This document shows positions 1 through 12,807 of a stretch of 64,000 nt of DNA, in pieces. Below the pieces are notes generated by a model, which had not been told where the DNA came from, did no database searches, and was given only the letters and a program-made list of their open reading frames with translations. Numbering within the stretch: the stretch's first letter is position 1; every line of letters starts with the position of its first letter. The DNA is from an uncultured Gammaproteobacteria bacterium (GTDB lineage Bacteria > Pseudomonadota > Gammaproteobacteria > UBA9214): assembly GCA_963753755.1 (NCBI GenBank), contig CAVWDM010000016.1, positions 96,381-160,380 on the forward strand, written 5' to 3'. Both the position numbers and the translations under genes were made by a program.

Positions 1-281
1 GGTTACGCCCAGGCCCTTACCCCCCTCACCCACTGACAGGGATAAGCCGTCACCGGTGTCTGCTAGCGAGTGGTGGCAGGTGCCACAGGAAATGTTCCTG
101 TTGCCACTCAGTATCTTGTCGAACATCAGCAGTCGACCCAGCTCCACCTTTTCTGCGCTTGGTGTGCGGAAGTCATAATTGGGGGCCGGTAGTTCCGGGT
201 CGCCCCTGGCCATGACGACCGGGCCACTAACGACCAGTAGGGCAGCAGCCACAGCAGTAACGCTTCGTTTAATTGTTTTCA
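1..281 (-). CDS. Di-haem cytochrome c peroxidase (CCP/MauG family), N-terminal part only. The 5' end is in the window; the gene continues past the left edge.
   Basis: Minus-strand translation from the ATG at 279..281: [25 protein letters not shown] (signal peptide), then [24 protein letters not shown], which carries the CxxCH haem motif typical of bacterial CCPs. An AAGGAGA RBS lies 7 nt upstream. Confidence 0.55.
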
Positions 282-503
282 TTAGGTTATTCTCCTTGTT
301 CATATAACAATATATTTATTCCATTTTGATCAAATAAATCAGGCGGTGTCTCACTGCATAGCCTTGCCGATTGAATAAACTGCTGGTGTGATTTTTGTCA
401 CAGCCCCGTCAATCCATGCTTCATGACTGGTTGTCCTGATTTATTTTTTCATCCTCAAGTCAAGGCTTAAAGATCCCGGTTCGCTGAGGAACCGCCCATT
501 ACG

Positions 504-534
504 AAAAAATGGCGGCTGTATCTGGCAGCCGCCA
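504..534 (-). terminator. Putative rho-independent terminator oriented for minus-strand transcription, with no cognate ORF.
   Basis: Perfect 9-bp stem TGGCGGCTG (510..518) / CAGCCGCCA (526..534) with a 7-nt loop. On the minus strand it is followed by a 6-T run (A-run 504..509 on the plus strand). Confidence 0.4.
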
Positions 535-853
535 TGACTGAAGAGACTTCGATGAAAAAGTCACTACACACGTCTCAACGGGGGAAGCATGACGCGTGTT
601 AATAATGCTATCAGTTAAACATTGTGATCGCGTGTGGCATAGTGTCGCATCTGAATCAGATCATGCAGACATTAATAATAGTTACATCATCAGGGAAGCC
701 GTGTGAACCGGCACATTGAAGAACGCGTTTGCAAGGTCAGGGGGCCGTTGTCCTTATCGTGGACGATTACTTTTTTAATGGATGTCAGTCAGGTCTGTAA
801 CAGCAATCCCTGGATATACAGTAACTCCAGCAAAACGGTGCGAGGTCAATAGA

Positions 854-1768
854 ATGAGAGAATACATACTCGGTGCGACGTCCGGGGTCATGAGAAAGTA
901 CCGAGGCATACTGGCTGGTGTTGTGATCGCACAGATGCTGATCGCTAGTCCTGTATTTGCACAAGATGCTAACGTCATGGCAGCCCAGCAGGCGTTACAG
1001 CTGCAGGGTTTTGATCCAGGGCCGGCCGATGGTCTTTGGGGTAGCAAGACGGAGCAGGCAGTGCGGGGCTTTCAGCAGGAAAAGGGGCTGCTGGCTACGG
1101 GTAAGCTCGATGCAGCGACAGCCAGGCGTCTGGGTGTACAACCATATACACCCGCTGCACGTACAGGCATTAGCAAGCAAGTGATTTCGCAACAAACTAA
1201 AGACGCAAACATCATGGCAGCCCAGCAGGCGTTACAGATGCAGGGTTTTGATCCAGGGCCGGCCGATGGTCTTTGGGGTAGCAAGACGGAGCAGGCAGTG
1301 CGAGGCTTTCAGCAGGAAAAGGGTCTGCTGGCTACGGGCAAGCTCGATGCGGCGACAGCGAGGCGCCTGGGTGTGCAACCGTCTGCACAAGGTGCACGTA
1401 CGGGCACTAGCAAGCGTATGACCTTACGCTGTGAGATTGAAGCAGTGGATAATACGTTTATGGGCGTTGACAGGCTCGGAGATAAATTTACTGAAGTGCT
1501 TACCATCCACCTCGACGAGATGAAATATTTTGAATTCGGTGATGATGGTAGTGTTACATCCTATGACATCGAGAAAGTAGACAAGAGCGTTATCTACCTG
1601 CAAATTTTTGAGAAACCGCCTGTGTCCGCTTATTTGAAGATCGACAGCAAGACGCTTGAGTACGATTATACGTCAATGGGAGAAAGCAGGATTTTTGGAA
1701 ATAGTGATGCCCGCAGGGGGGCATGCCAGACAATCGAATACCGCCCTGCGCCGGCTAACGGTTATTGA
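854..1768 (+). CDS. Secreted protein with two tandem peptidoglycan-binding (PG_binding_1-like) domains and a C-terminal domain of unknown function.
   Basis: The ORF 782..1768 probably starts at M854 or M893 (MRKYRGILAGVVIAQMLIASPVFA reads as a signal peptide). The motif AAQQALQ(L/M)QGFDPGPADGLWGSKTEQAVRGFQQEKGLLATGKLDAATARRLGV occurs twice and matches the PG_binding_1 signature. Confidence 0.75.
   Translation: MREYILGATSGVMRKYRGILAGVVIAQMLIASPVFAQDANVMAAQQALQLQGFDPGPADGLWGSKTEQAVRGFQQEKGLLATGKLDAATARRLGVQPYTPAARTGISKQVISQQTKDANIMAAQQALQMQGFDPGPADGLWGSKTEQAVRGFQQEKGLLATGKLDAATARRLGVQPSAQGARTGTSKRMTLRCEIEAVDNTFMGVDRLGDKFTEVLTIHLDEMKYFEFGDDGSVTSYDIEKVDKSVIYLQIFEKPPVSAYLKIDSKTLEYDYTSMGESRIFGNSDARRGACQTIEYRPAPANGY
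969..1413 (+). repeat. Intragenic tandem duplication with a 240-bp period and two copies at about 95% nucleotide identity, encoding the duplicated PG-binding domain.
   Basis: Copy 1 runs about 969..1175 and copy 2 about 1209..1413. The translated peptides are nearly identical. Confidence 0.8.
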
Positions 1769-2626
1769 CGACAGGGTATGCACTCACTCCATTGCTGGTC
1801 GTCGAGGAAGGGCAGGTTCCGCTTCGGTATGACATATCATGTCGATGTATAAGTAGTTTCCACAATGCATGTCATTCTGCGAGGCTGCTATATTTGACCT
1901 AATAGTCGAAGACACACTGACTTAATTTAGTTGGCTTTGAGTTACACGGGAACCACCGATGAATGAAGTATATCTGGCCGGTGACGTGTGCGCCTGCGCT
2001 ACAGGTATCCCAACATCAGCTCATTCACAACCATTGAAAAGAAAGCGAGACAAGAGTGACCCTGATTACAAGGCAGAAAGATAGTCGTCGTCGAAGACTG
2101 GCAGCGAAATACCCGTTAACCGATAGCCGGGGACTTATTGTGATTCATGACCGAAGACGATTGCCTGATCGACGTGAGAAAATATATGGCATCGATGCTT
2201 TGAAGGTCATACTCTCGAAGATGGGGTGTGGTTAAGCGCTTGAACAATTATTTTCCTCAGGGCGGCCTACGGGGCTTCGCGATTATCGTGCTACAGGTCG
2301 TATGTGGTCGATTCTTTTGATAAGGAATAACCAGCGCAAAGTATAAACAGACGCTGCGGCCGTTTCCTGTACAAGGCGCGATGATCAGCAAACCTCAGTT
2401 GCACCTCTTGCCAACTGTTCCGTCCGTTCATATCCGTCGGATTGCTGTCTGCGTCGCATGGGTACGGTGACAGTCTCGTCGAACAAGTCAGCGGCGACAC
2501 AGGATAAATCCCATTGTTTCAATGTGGTATTAATGGTACCCTCCCTCACCATACGAACCCACTGCCTGTGCCTGCAATTGAGTCGGCTATACCCGGGCAA
2601 GTATCGTGTCGAGAGGAGGAACTAAA

Positions 2627-3046
2627 ATGGGAATTAAGCGTTTATTGCTACTGGTTGGCTTTATCCTGGCAAGCAGTATTGCAACACCAGGTTGGGCCAC
2701 GATGATTAACGATGATGGTGGTTCTGGCGAGATCGATGTCTGGAATACTGACGCCTTCAGCCCGGGGAACGCCACTCGTATCATCATCGACTGGCGAGTA
2801 TTCGGCCCGTTTGACATGGGAACTCTCGTCTCAGGACTTATGAGCAGTCGCATGAACCTTCCGGATGACGGGGGTACATCAGGAGTGGCAGGCAGTGGAA
2901 CCGAACTCCCCGATGACGCGCTGACTGCAAGCCCTGTAACAGATTTTGATGGTCATGATCACGCAGTGCCGGAGCCCGGTGTACTGGGTCTGCTTGGTAT
3001 TGGCCTGATCAGTATCATACTGCGGCGTCGCTACCTTGCTGCATAA
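2627..3046 (+). CDS. PEP-CTERM sorting-domain protein, a putative exosortase substrate.
   Basis: GGAGG RBS before the ATG at 2627. N-terminal signal peptide, a D/G/S-rich region, and a C-terminal VPEPGVLGLLGIGLISIILRRRYLAA (PEP motif, TM helix, basic tail). Confidence 0.7.
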   Translation: MGIKRLLLLVGFILASSIATPGWATMINDDGGSGEIDVWNTDAFSPGNATRIIIDWRVFGPFDMGTLVSGLMSSRMNLPDDGGTSGVAGSGTELPDDALTASPVTDFDGHDHAVPEPGVLGLLGIGLISIILRRRYLAA

Positions 3047-3071
3047 ACGTCGCTACCCCTGAACGACGCAG

Positions 3072-3100
3072 AAAAAACGGCGACCTGGTCGCCGTTTTGC
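3072..3100. terminator. Rho-independent terminator after the PEP-CTERM gene, possibly bidirectional.
   Basis: Stem AACGGCGAC / GTCGCCGTT with loop CTG, flanked by an A-run upstream and a T-run downstream. Confidence 0.55.
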
Positions 3101-3513
3101 ATTCATGCACCGCCGTAACTGAATTTCGGCCCGTGAGAACCGTCCTGTTGACGGCGTTCTTCTGTCGCCTGCATGGGAATGACTCGAATAACCTAATCCA
3201 GGGGGGGCGCTGATCAATTTATCGCTCGTCATTACGGCGCTGGCTGGACAATGCGCGTAGTGCGTTGAACGCCCGGGGGCGACCTGCAGGTGAGCAAGGT
3301 GAATGATCCAGCAACTGGTCGAATACAAGTCCTGGATTCCAGGGCTAGGTTGCGTTGCGCCCTGAATGACGAATTGATGAGGGCATCCCTTAAGCTATCA
3401 GTAACGTGCACAGCTGCACCGTAAACTTGCAGACCCACTTTCACTGGGCTACGCTCGAAATCATAGTCTGTTCATGGTATTTAAATCTCCGGTTTGCACG
3501 TTTTGGTCTTCAA

Positions 3514-4395
3514 ATGAAATGGCGTAACAGAAAACAAAGCACGAATGTAGATGACAGAAGAAGTCGCAGTGGCGGGGGCGTTGGTTTACCTTCCATTGGA
3601 ACTGTATTGTTCGTTTGGCCTGTCATCAAAGGTCTGTTCCGTTCCAGGCTCGGCCTTGCCATTCTGGGGATCGCTGCCGTGGCCTATTTCGCTGGTTTTA
3701 TTGACCTGCCTTTCCTGGGGGGAGGCAGTAGCAAAGTCGTTAATGAAGAAGCCGATAATGAGCAGGCAGCCTTTATCAAAACCGTGCTGGCGGATACAGA
3801 GGCCGTCTGGTCCGGTGTTTTTTTACAGGCAGGGAGAAACTATCCCGCCCCGACGCTGGTACTCTACCGTGGCTCAACCGTTAGTGGATGTGGACATGCA
3901 AGTGCTGGCATGGGGCCTTTTTATTGCCCTGAGGATCAGAAGGTTTATGTGGACCTTGGTTTTTTTGCAGATTTGAAGAATGAGCAGGGGGCAGGCGGCG
4001 ATTTTGCCCAGGCCTATGTGCTGGCGCATGAGATTGGCCATCATGTTCAGAACCTGGAAGGGACCCTGGCACAGGTTCAAATGGCTAAACAACAGGTGCG
4101 GGGGGAAGCCGGTAAGAATCAGCTACAAGTGCGTCTCGAGTTGCAGGCTGATTGCTATGCAGGTGTCTGGGCAAACCATGCTCATAAACAATTCGATATT
4201 CTCGAAGAGGGTGATCTTGAGGAAGCCGTGGTTGCCGCTGCGTCAATCGGCGATGATCGTTTGCAAAAGCAGGCGCGGGGGTTCGCCATCCCGCATACGT
4301 TTACACACGGTAGCTCAAAGCAGCGCGTCGAGTGGTTCACTAGGGGTGTAAAGAACGGTCGGCTAAGCGATTGTGAAACCTTTGGGGAACAGTAA
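3514..4395 (+). CDS. YpfJ-family putative neutral zinc metallopeptidase.
   Basis: Starts MKWRNRKQSTNVDDRRSRSGGG, then a TM segment, as YpfJ proteins do. Carries an HEIGHH zinc-binding motif (YVLAHEIGHHVQN). Confidence 0.8.
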   Translation: MKWRNRKQSTNVDDRRSRSGGGVGLPSIGTVLFVWPVIKGLFRSRLGLAILGIAAVAYFAGFIDLPFLGGGSSKVVNEEADNEQAAFIKTVLADTEAVWSGVFLQAGRNYPAPTLVLYRGSTVSGCGHASAGMGPFYCPEDQKVYVDLGFFADLKNEQGAGGDFAQAYVLAHEIGHHVQNLEGTLAQVQMAKQQVRGEAGKNQLQVRLELQADCYAGVWANHAHKQFDILEEGDLEEAVVAAASIGDDRLQKQARGFAIPHTFTHGSSKQRVEWFTRGVKNGRLSDCETFGEQ

Positions 4396-4569
4396 CGCGG
4401 TCAGTCTTTCCTTACCTGTTATCTGCAGACACTGGTTTGTATGGCCAGCGCTGATACCGTTGCTTGATACGCTAACCTTTGCACAGGAATCGATAAGGAA
4501 CAGTGCAGGAAAGCTTTGCACTCGATCGCATGAGGGAACATCGGCGGCGTGCTCATGGTCACTCACTGT

Positions 4570-7698
<3,129 letters not shown>

Positions 7699-8064
7699 GA
7701 TAGTCGCGTGTTCATGGTGTTCACAGGATCAGCGTACCTGAAATCAGAGTGATAATAATAACCACGTATACACAGACCTGTCTGTGCCCGCGTTTGCGAA
7801 TGGTGAATCTCGTTGACCCGTTAACGAAACCCTGGACTGCGGCGAACCTTCGTTCTAGTCTATCGCAGTGCTGCGCAGCCCTGTACATGTTCCCGCGAAT
7901 ACGCGATGAGTGGCAGCAGACTGTGTCGTTGCACGGCACGGCGCATCAACAGCCAGGGCAGGGGTGTTCCTTTTCAGGATGACAGAGCAGGAATCGGGTG
8001 CGCTGAACTAGACCCTCTACGTCGAACATTTGCAGCAATCTTTACAGACACAGGAGACCACGTT

Positions 8065-8568
8065 ATGAAGCACCGAGTCATTGGCGTCATTACCGGGCTG
8101 ATATGGCTGTTTGCAGGCCCGCCCGTGTTTGCCGGCAGCCCGGCCATCGATGATCAGGCTGCACTGGCCGGTCTGAAAACGGGTAAAGGGGTATTCCTGA
8201 TCGACATAGGTGATGCCAGTAAATTGAATTTTTACCTGGAAGTCATTCAGGGGACCTACAAGGGGATGAAAGAGCAGGGCACGGAGCCGGATTTCGTGCT
8301 GGTCTATATCGGGCCCAGTGTAAAATACCTCAGTACGTCGCCATCGGTGGCGGTTGAGCAGGCGGCAGGTGGTGTGCTGATGGAGATCGAGTCAAATGTG
8401 CAGGCACTGGAAGAGCTTGGTGTCAGGCAGGAGGTTTGTGCCGTCGCAACGCGGGTATTTGCTATCGATAATAAGGCCATGTTGCCTGGCCTGACTCTCG
8501 TGGGTGATGGCTTTATCTCCCTGATCGGTTACCAGGCTCAAGGCTATCATCTGGTGCCGGTGTTCTAG
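8065..8568 (+). CDS. Exported hypothetical protein, possibly with a DsrE/DsrF-like fold.
   Basis: AGGAGA RBS before the ATG at 8065. Signal peptide MKHRVIGVITGLIWLFAGPPVFA. Function not recognisable. Confidence 0.5.
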   Translation: MKHRVIGVITGLIWLFAGPPVFAGSPAIDDQAALAGLKTGKGVFLIDIGDASKLNFYLEVIQGTYKGMKEQGTEPDFVLVYIGPSVKYLSTSPSVAVEQAAGGVLMEIESNVQALEELGVRQEVCAVATRVFAIDNKAMLPGLTLVGDGFISLIGYQAQGYHLVPVF

Positions 8569-8903
8569 TATTTGTTCTGGAACATAACCATTTCGCTTAA
8601 CTTACTGCTCGCATTTGCTGTATACATGCGTCATTGTGTTGACGGCCAGCGATCTGGCCGAGAAAGACCGGCGCCTGGCTGATTGAGGCTGAAGTTTTTC
8701 TGCGTTGTCAATGCCCTTGATTCTGTGCCTGCAGGTTTAACTGTGGCAGCGAATGTGTTTAAATCCAGTCCTCCATCGAATCGGGTAAATCCTGCTTATT
8801 TTCAGTAACCGTCGGTCACTATAAGTCCGTACCGGCGCTGTAACCTGTTTTTTTAACGAGTGCTAAACCAAATCCATTTATCAACAAAACCAAGGACATC
8901 ATC

Positions 8904-9749
8904 ATGAAACAGTTATTACGTCGTTACGGGGTGCTTTTTTCCCTTCTCATCCTCACTGTCGGCAGCACGGCCGCAGTGGCAGCAGGTGGCACGCCCGTCA
9001 TGTCGCGCATTCAGACAAGCGGTGAACTGGTACTGGGTACATCTGCGAATATGCAGCCCATGACATTCAAGCAGCCTGATGGCACTATTGCCGGTCTGGA
9101 TATCGACCTCGCCAAGTTAATGGCCGATGCCATGGAAGTGAAACTCGTCACCAAGGTGATGCCATTCAAGGATTTAATCCCGGCGCTGCGCAGTGGCAAG
9201 GTCGATGTCGTACTCTCCAACATGACCATCAATCCCTCCCGTAATATGGACGTCGCCTTTATTGGTCCCTACCTGACATCCGGTAAATGTGTCGTTACCA
9301 AGGAAGAGACGCTGGCCAAGGCGGAAGAAGCAACGGAGCTCAATGCCAAGGATGTCAGCTTCGCTGTCCTCAAGGATTCCACCAGTGAAAAATTTGTTCG
9401 CACCCTGATGCCGAACGTGATCGTAAAACCGGTCAAGAACAGCGAGGAAGGTGCTGAATTGGTCGCCTCTGACAAGGTCAGTGGTATGTTGACTGATCTT
9501 CCCGTGTGTCTCTCGACCATCAAGAATAACCCGGATGCGGGCTTCGTCTCAGTCCTGTCGCTATTGTCCTACGAGCCAATCGGTGTTGCCGTGCCGGGTA
9601 ATGACCCACTGTTCATCAACTGGACCGGGAACTTTCTCGAGCGTATCACCCAGACTGCCTTGCTGGACGTGCTCGCCGTCAAATGGTTTGGAGATCTTGC
9701 TCCCCAGCAGGCTGATCTCGATTCCAGCCAGGCTGACGAGGAAGAGTAA
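8904..9749 (+). CDS. Periplasmic substrate-binding protein, family 3 (amino-acid ABC-type SBP).
   Basis: Signal peptide and SBP_bac_3-like sequence (ELVLGTSANMQPMTFKQPDGTIAGLDIDLAKLMADAMEVKLV...). No permease or ATPase genes are adjacent. Confidence 0.75.
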   Translation: MKQLLRRYGVLFSLLILTVGSTAAVAAGGTPVMSRIQTSGELVLGTSANMQPMTFKQPDGTIAGLDIDLAKLMADAMEVKLVTKVMPFKDLIPALRSGKVDVVLSNMTINPSRNMDVAFIGPYLTSGKCVVTKEETLAKAEEATELNAKDVSFAVLKDSTSEKFVRTLMPNVIVKPVKNSEEGAELVASDKVSGMLTDLPVCLSTIKNNPDAGFVSVLSLLSYEPIGVAVPGNDPLFINWTGNFLERITQTALLDVLAVKWFGDLAPQQADLDSSQADEEE

Positions 9750-9764
9750 ACCCAGTCAATATGT

Positions 9765-9798
9765 GCAAAAAAGGCCGGTGCAATCGCCGGCCTTTTTT
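9765..9798. terminator. Bidirectional rho-independent terminator between two convergent genes.
   Basis: AAAAAAGGCCGGTGCAATCGCCGGCCTTTTTT: a GC-rich 8-bp stem flanked by A- and T-runs. Confidence 0.7.
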
Positions 9799-9981
9799 GT
9801 GTGCGGGTGAATAGTTATTGCATCAAGTAAGAAGCGTTCCGTCTCCTTCCGGGAGAAAGACAGCACGAGGGGACACAGAAATCAGATTGTTAGCAGTATT
9901 TTACCCCCTTTCCCGGAGGGAGAGGGAGTTAATGGCCGGAACGCGATCGTTGACGTTCATGTCGCAGGAGTATTCTGAGGG

Positions 9982-11238
9982 CTAGACGGTGTTTACGGCT
10001 AGTGATTCGATAAAATCCAGCCACTGCTGTGCAGACCGGCTTGTTTTCGGGAATTGCCGTGCCTGTGTAAATGCCTCTCGGGCAGCATCAGTTTCACCCA
10101 GCTCGAAATAGGCCATACCCAGCAACATCCTGGCCTGTGAGCTGGTACGGTCGTTTGCAATGTCGTTAAAGGGCGCGAGTACTTCGGTCACGGCGCGCCA
10201 TTTTCCTACCTCGACATACCACTGGGCCAGTCTCAGGCGCAGTTCGGGCGTGGCCTTATCCTCCAGCGCCCGCTCAAGTGCGTTAATGGCCTGTGTGCGT
10301 TCCCGTGCACTACTCCAGGCGTACGCGAGTAATTCACGGTGTTGCGCCGTGTTGCTGATCACACCGCTGTTCAACTGCCGCTCAATCAAACGGGCTGCCT
10401 TGTAGGGCACACCAGTGGCCAGATAGAGTTGTGCCAGTTGCAGCAGTGACTGTTCGCTGGTCAATACACCGTTCCTGAAGGCGAGTTCCAGTGCGGCAAG
10501 GGCGGCATCGCGGTCGTTCAACGCCATGTAAACGCTCGCCAGTTGCTGCCAGTATTGATCCTGTTGTGGAAACAGGCGGATCATCTTTTTCAGCAGTGGT
10601 ACACAGCCCCTGTAGGACTGCAGTTCATAGTGCATGGCCAGCAGTGCTTCATACCACTCGGCATGTGGCACCTCGGACAGTTTGTTTGCCTTCTGTAACA
10701 GCGGGATGGCCTTACGGTAGCGTTTTTTATATGCCAGTGCCTGCGCAAGCAACACGTGTGCCTGTGCAGAGGGTTCCGATTCCTTGTCGAACCAGACCTC
10801 AAGGATGCTGATGGCCTTGTCCGGCTGCTGCTGATCCAGATAGAGTTGTCCGAGGTTGTAGCGCAGGTTTTGTTCTGTGTTCTCGGGTAATTGCTCAAGC
10901 GCGAGGCTGCCTTCGAAGGCCTTCACTGCTGCAGCGTAGGCGCCACGGTTTATCTGGACATACCCGAGCATTTGTTGTGTAACGGCCTGCTCGTATGCAG
11001 ACAGTCCGGATTCATCGATCAGCTGTTGCAATTCCGTAAGGGCCGCCTTGTCCTCGCCCTGATCCATTTGCTGCTGGATGGTGGTGAGCTTCTTGTAAGT
11101 ATATGGTGACAGTGCCTGGCCAGTTGCCGCGTGTGCCGGCAGTGGCAATGACGTCAACGTCAATGCCAGCAGTAGTGGCGATATATAGCCACTGGCGCGA
11201 CGCAGCAACTTCGGTAGCCGGGTTGCGACAGTGTTCAT
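9982..11238 (-). CDS. TPR-repeat protein with signal peptide, the last gene of the TonB cluster.
   Basis: Signal peptide and multiple TPR-like helical repeats. The position after tonB is typical for this cluster type. Confidence 0.75.
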   Translation of the reverse strand: MNTVATRLPKLLRRASGYISPLLLALTLTSLPLPAHAATGQALSPYTYKKLTTIQQQMDQGEDKAALTELQQLIDESGLSAYEQAVTQQMLGYVQINRGAYAAAVKAFEGSLALEQLPENTEQNLRYNLGQLYLDQQQPDKAISILEVWFDKESEPSAQAHVLLAQALAYKKRYRKAIPLLQKANKLSEVPHAEWYEALLAMHYELQSYRGCVPLLKKMIRLFPQQDQYWQQLASVYMALNDRDAALAALELAFRNGVLTSEQSLLQLAQLYLATGVPYKAARLIERQLNSGVISNTAQHRELLAYAWSSARERTQAINALERALEDKATPELRLRLAQWYVEVGKWRAVTEVLAPFNDIANDRTSSQARMLLGMAYFELGETDAAREAFTQARQFPKTSRSAQQWLDFIESLAVNTV

Positions 11239-11240
11239 AG

Positions 11241-11864
11241 TTACTTTTCGAGCTCGAACTCGACGATTTGTGAGGCCTTGCCCGGTACCGCATGGCCATC
11301 GATGACGCGTGGCTTGAAACGCCAGCGGCTCACCGCACGAATGGCTGCGTTGTCGAAGACCCCGGGGGGATCAGATTCGATGACTTCGACATTTTCAACA
11401 TGTCCCGTCTCGTTAACAACGAATGCAACCCGAACCCATCCCTCGATACCGCGACGGGCTGCCTTGTAGGGATATTCCGGTGGCTGCCGGGAGAGCGGAA
11501 CGAAGCCACTGTCCAGCTGGGTGGCAGCCACCGGTCCGAGATAGGGACCGTCACCAAAGCTTAACGGAATATCGAGGTTCATGGCCATATCGAGTCGCGG
11601 CATGACCGGCTGCGGTGCACTGTGCAGGTCGAGCTGTGGCCGAGGTGGTGGCGTGGTTTTTTCTGGCGGTGGCGGCGGCGTACGCTCTTTGAGTTCTACA
11701 TGCTCATCGCGCTTCAGCCGCACAAAGTCGATCAGGCGTACAGACTCGGCTGTCGGCAGTCCTTGTGACGGCGAGGTGACCAGCAGCTGCATCATCCACA
11801 GCATGAAGATCGCCACGCCTGTGCCCGCCAGTGCCGAAAGAGGGTAGCGCAGCGCTGACATCAC
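11241..11864 (-). CDS. tonB: TonB energy transducer.
   Basis: N-terminal TM segment, a Pro-rich spacer (PPPPPEKTTPPPRPQ), and a C-terminal TonB domain. Confidence 0.85.
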   Translation of the reverse strand: MMSALRYPLSALAGTGVAIFMLWMMQLLVTSPSQGLPTAESVRLIDFVRLKRDEHVELKERTPPPPPEKTTPPPRPQLDLHSAPQPVMPRLDMAMNLDIPLSFGDGPYLGPVAATQLDSGFVPLSRQPPEYPYKAARRGIEGWVRVAFVVNETGHVENVEVIESDPPGVFDNAAIRAVSRWRFKPRVIDGHAVPGKASQIVEFELEK

Positions 11865-12271
11865 TTGTCCGTTGTCGCCGCGATCGACACGTTGACTATC
11901 CCTGCCTTGCGTACCTGGTCCATGACCTTTACCAGCAAGCCGATTTGCGCTTCACGATCGCCCTGGATGATAACACTGCCTTCCGGGTTTTCCGTGACCA
12001 GGCGTTCTACCACGGCACGGACCGCGCGGATATCAACGGCACGTTTGTCGATCCAGATCTCCCCGTTCGGGGCAATGGCTATCAGTATGTTGCCGTGGTC
12101 ACGCCGTTCAGCCGTTTGCGCGGTTGGCCGGTTCACCTCGATACCGGACTCCTTGACAAAGGACGTGGTCACCACGAAGAAAATCAGCATGATAAACACG
12201 ATATCGAGCATCGGTGTCAGGTTGAGATCGTTTTCCTCATTGCCATAATCAGTGTGTCGACGTCTCCTCAT
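11861..12271 (-). CDS. exbD: ExbD/TolR biopolymer transport protein.
   Basis: Contains NLTPMLDIVFIMLIFFVVTTSF. Overlaps tonB by 4 bp. Confidence 0.9.
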   Translation of the reverse strand: MRRRRHTDYGNEENDLNLTPMLDIVFIMLIFFVVTTSFVKESGIEVNRPTAQTAERRDHGNILIAIAPNGEIWIDKRAVDIRAVRAVVERLVTENPEGSVIIQGDREAQIGLLVKVMDQVRKAGIVNVSIAATTDK

Positions 12272-12807
12272 GAGGCCACCTGCTGGAAACGCAGACGGTC
12301 GGCGAGCCGTTCCAGCGACAGCGCCACGCGCTGTTCAAGCTGCAGGCAAAAATACAGGCCGGGCAGGGCGACCACCATGCCGGCCATCGTCGGCAGGGTA
12401 GCTCGGGAAATACCGGAGGCCATTGCCCTGACATTGCCGGTGCCTGACACGGTGACGACGTCAAAGACCTCGACCATGCCGGTAACGGTACCGAGCAGAC
12501 CCAGTAACGGGCACAGTGCAACCAGCGTCTTCAGAAAGGGCAGCCAGTGACCCAATTCGATGCGCGCCTGTGAAATCAGCGCACTGCGTATCGGTCTGGC
12601 AAGGTTTTCTTCCTGCTGGCGTAACGTTTGCCAGGTGGCCTGGTAGCCGAGCACGCGCCGCGGGAAGATGCCGAGTACGAACCAGTAGCGTTCAGCCACG
12701 ATAAAACCGATGACGGCCGCGAGTACCAGTATCGCCCAGAGTACCGGCCCGCCGGCGTGCAGAAAACCGCGTACATCCTCAATTTGCCAGAGTATCAGGT
12801 CAATCAC
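12268..12807 (-). CDS. exbB: ExbB/TolQ (MotA/TolQ/ExbB proton channel).
   Basis: The ORF 12268..12921 overlaps the upstream gene, so the likely GTG start at 12805..12807 forms a GTGA start/stop overlap. MotA_ExbB-like TM core. Confidence 0.8.
   Translation of the reverse strand: MIDLILWQIEDVRGFLHAGGPVLWAILVLAAVIGFIVAERYWFVLGIFPRRVLGYQATWQTLRQQEENLARPIRSALISQARIELGHWLPFLKTLVALCPLLGLLGTVTGMVEVFDVVTVSGTGNVRAMASGISRATLPTMAGMVVALPGLYFCLQLEQRVALSLERLADRLRFQQVAS

Noticed and set aside
960-1413. A regular 240-bp tandem repeat that could be mistaken for a repeat array or CRISPR.
   Set aside because: There are only two long units, both in frame inside a CDS, encoding a duplicated protein domain. There are no short direct repeats with unique spacers.
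2480-2626. Searched for a sigma-54 (-24 GG / -12 GC) promoter upstream of the PEP-CTERM gene.
   Set aside because: The candidate TGGTATTAATGGTACC and TGCCTGTGCCTGCA do not place GG and GC at the required spacing. No call was made.
7906-8064. A 5' extension of the 7906..8568 ORF, which would add 53 residues before MKHRVIG.
   Set aside because: The extension has no RBS and an odd composition. The ATG at 8065 has an AGGAGA RBS and yields a canonical signal peptide.
11831-12550. A 239-aa plus-strand ORF spanning the exbD/exbB region.
   Set aside because: It is antisense to two overlapping, well-supported ExbD and ExbB genes.
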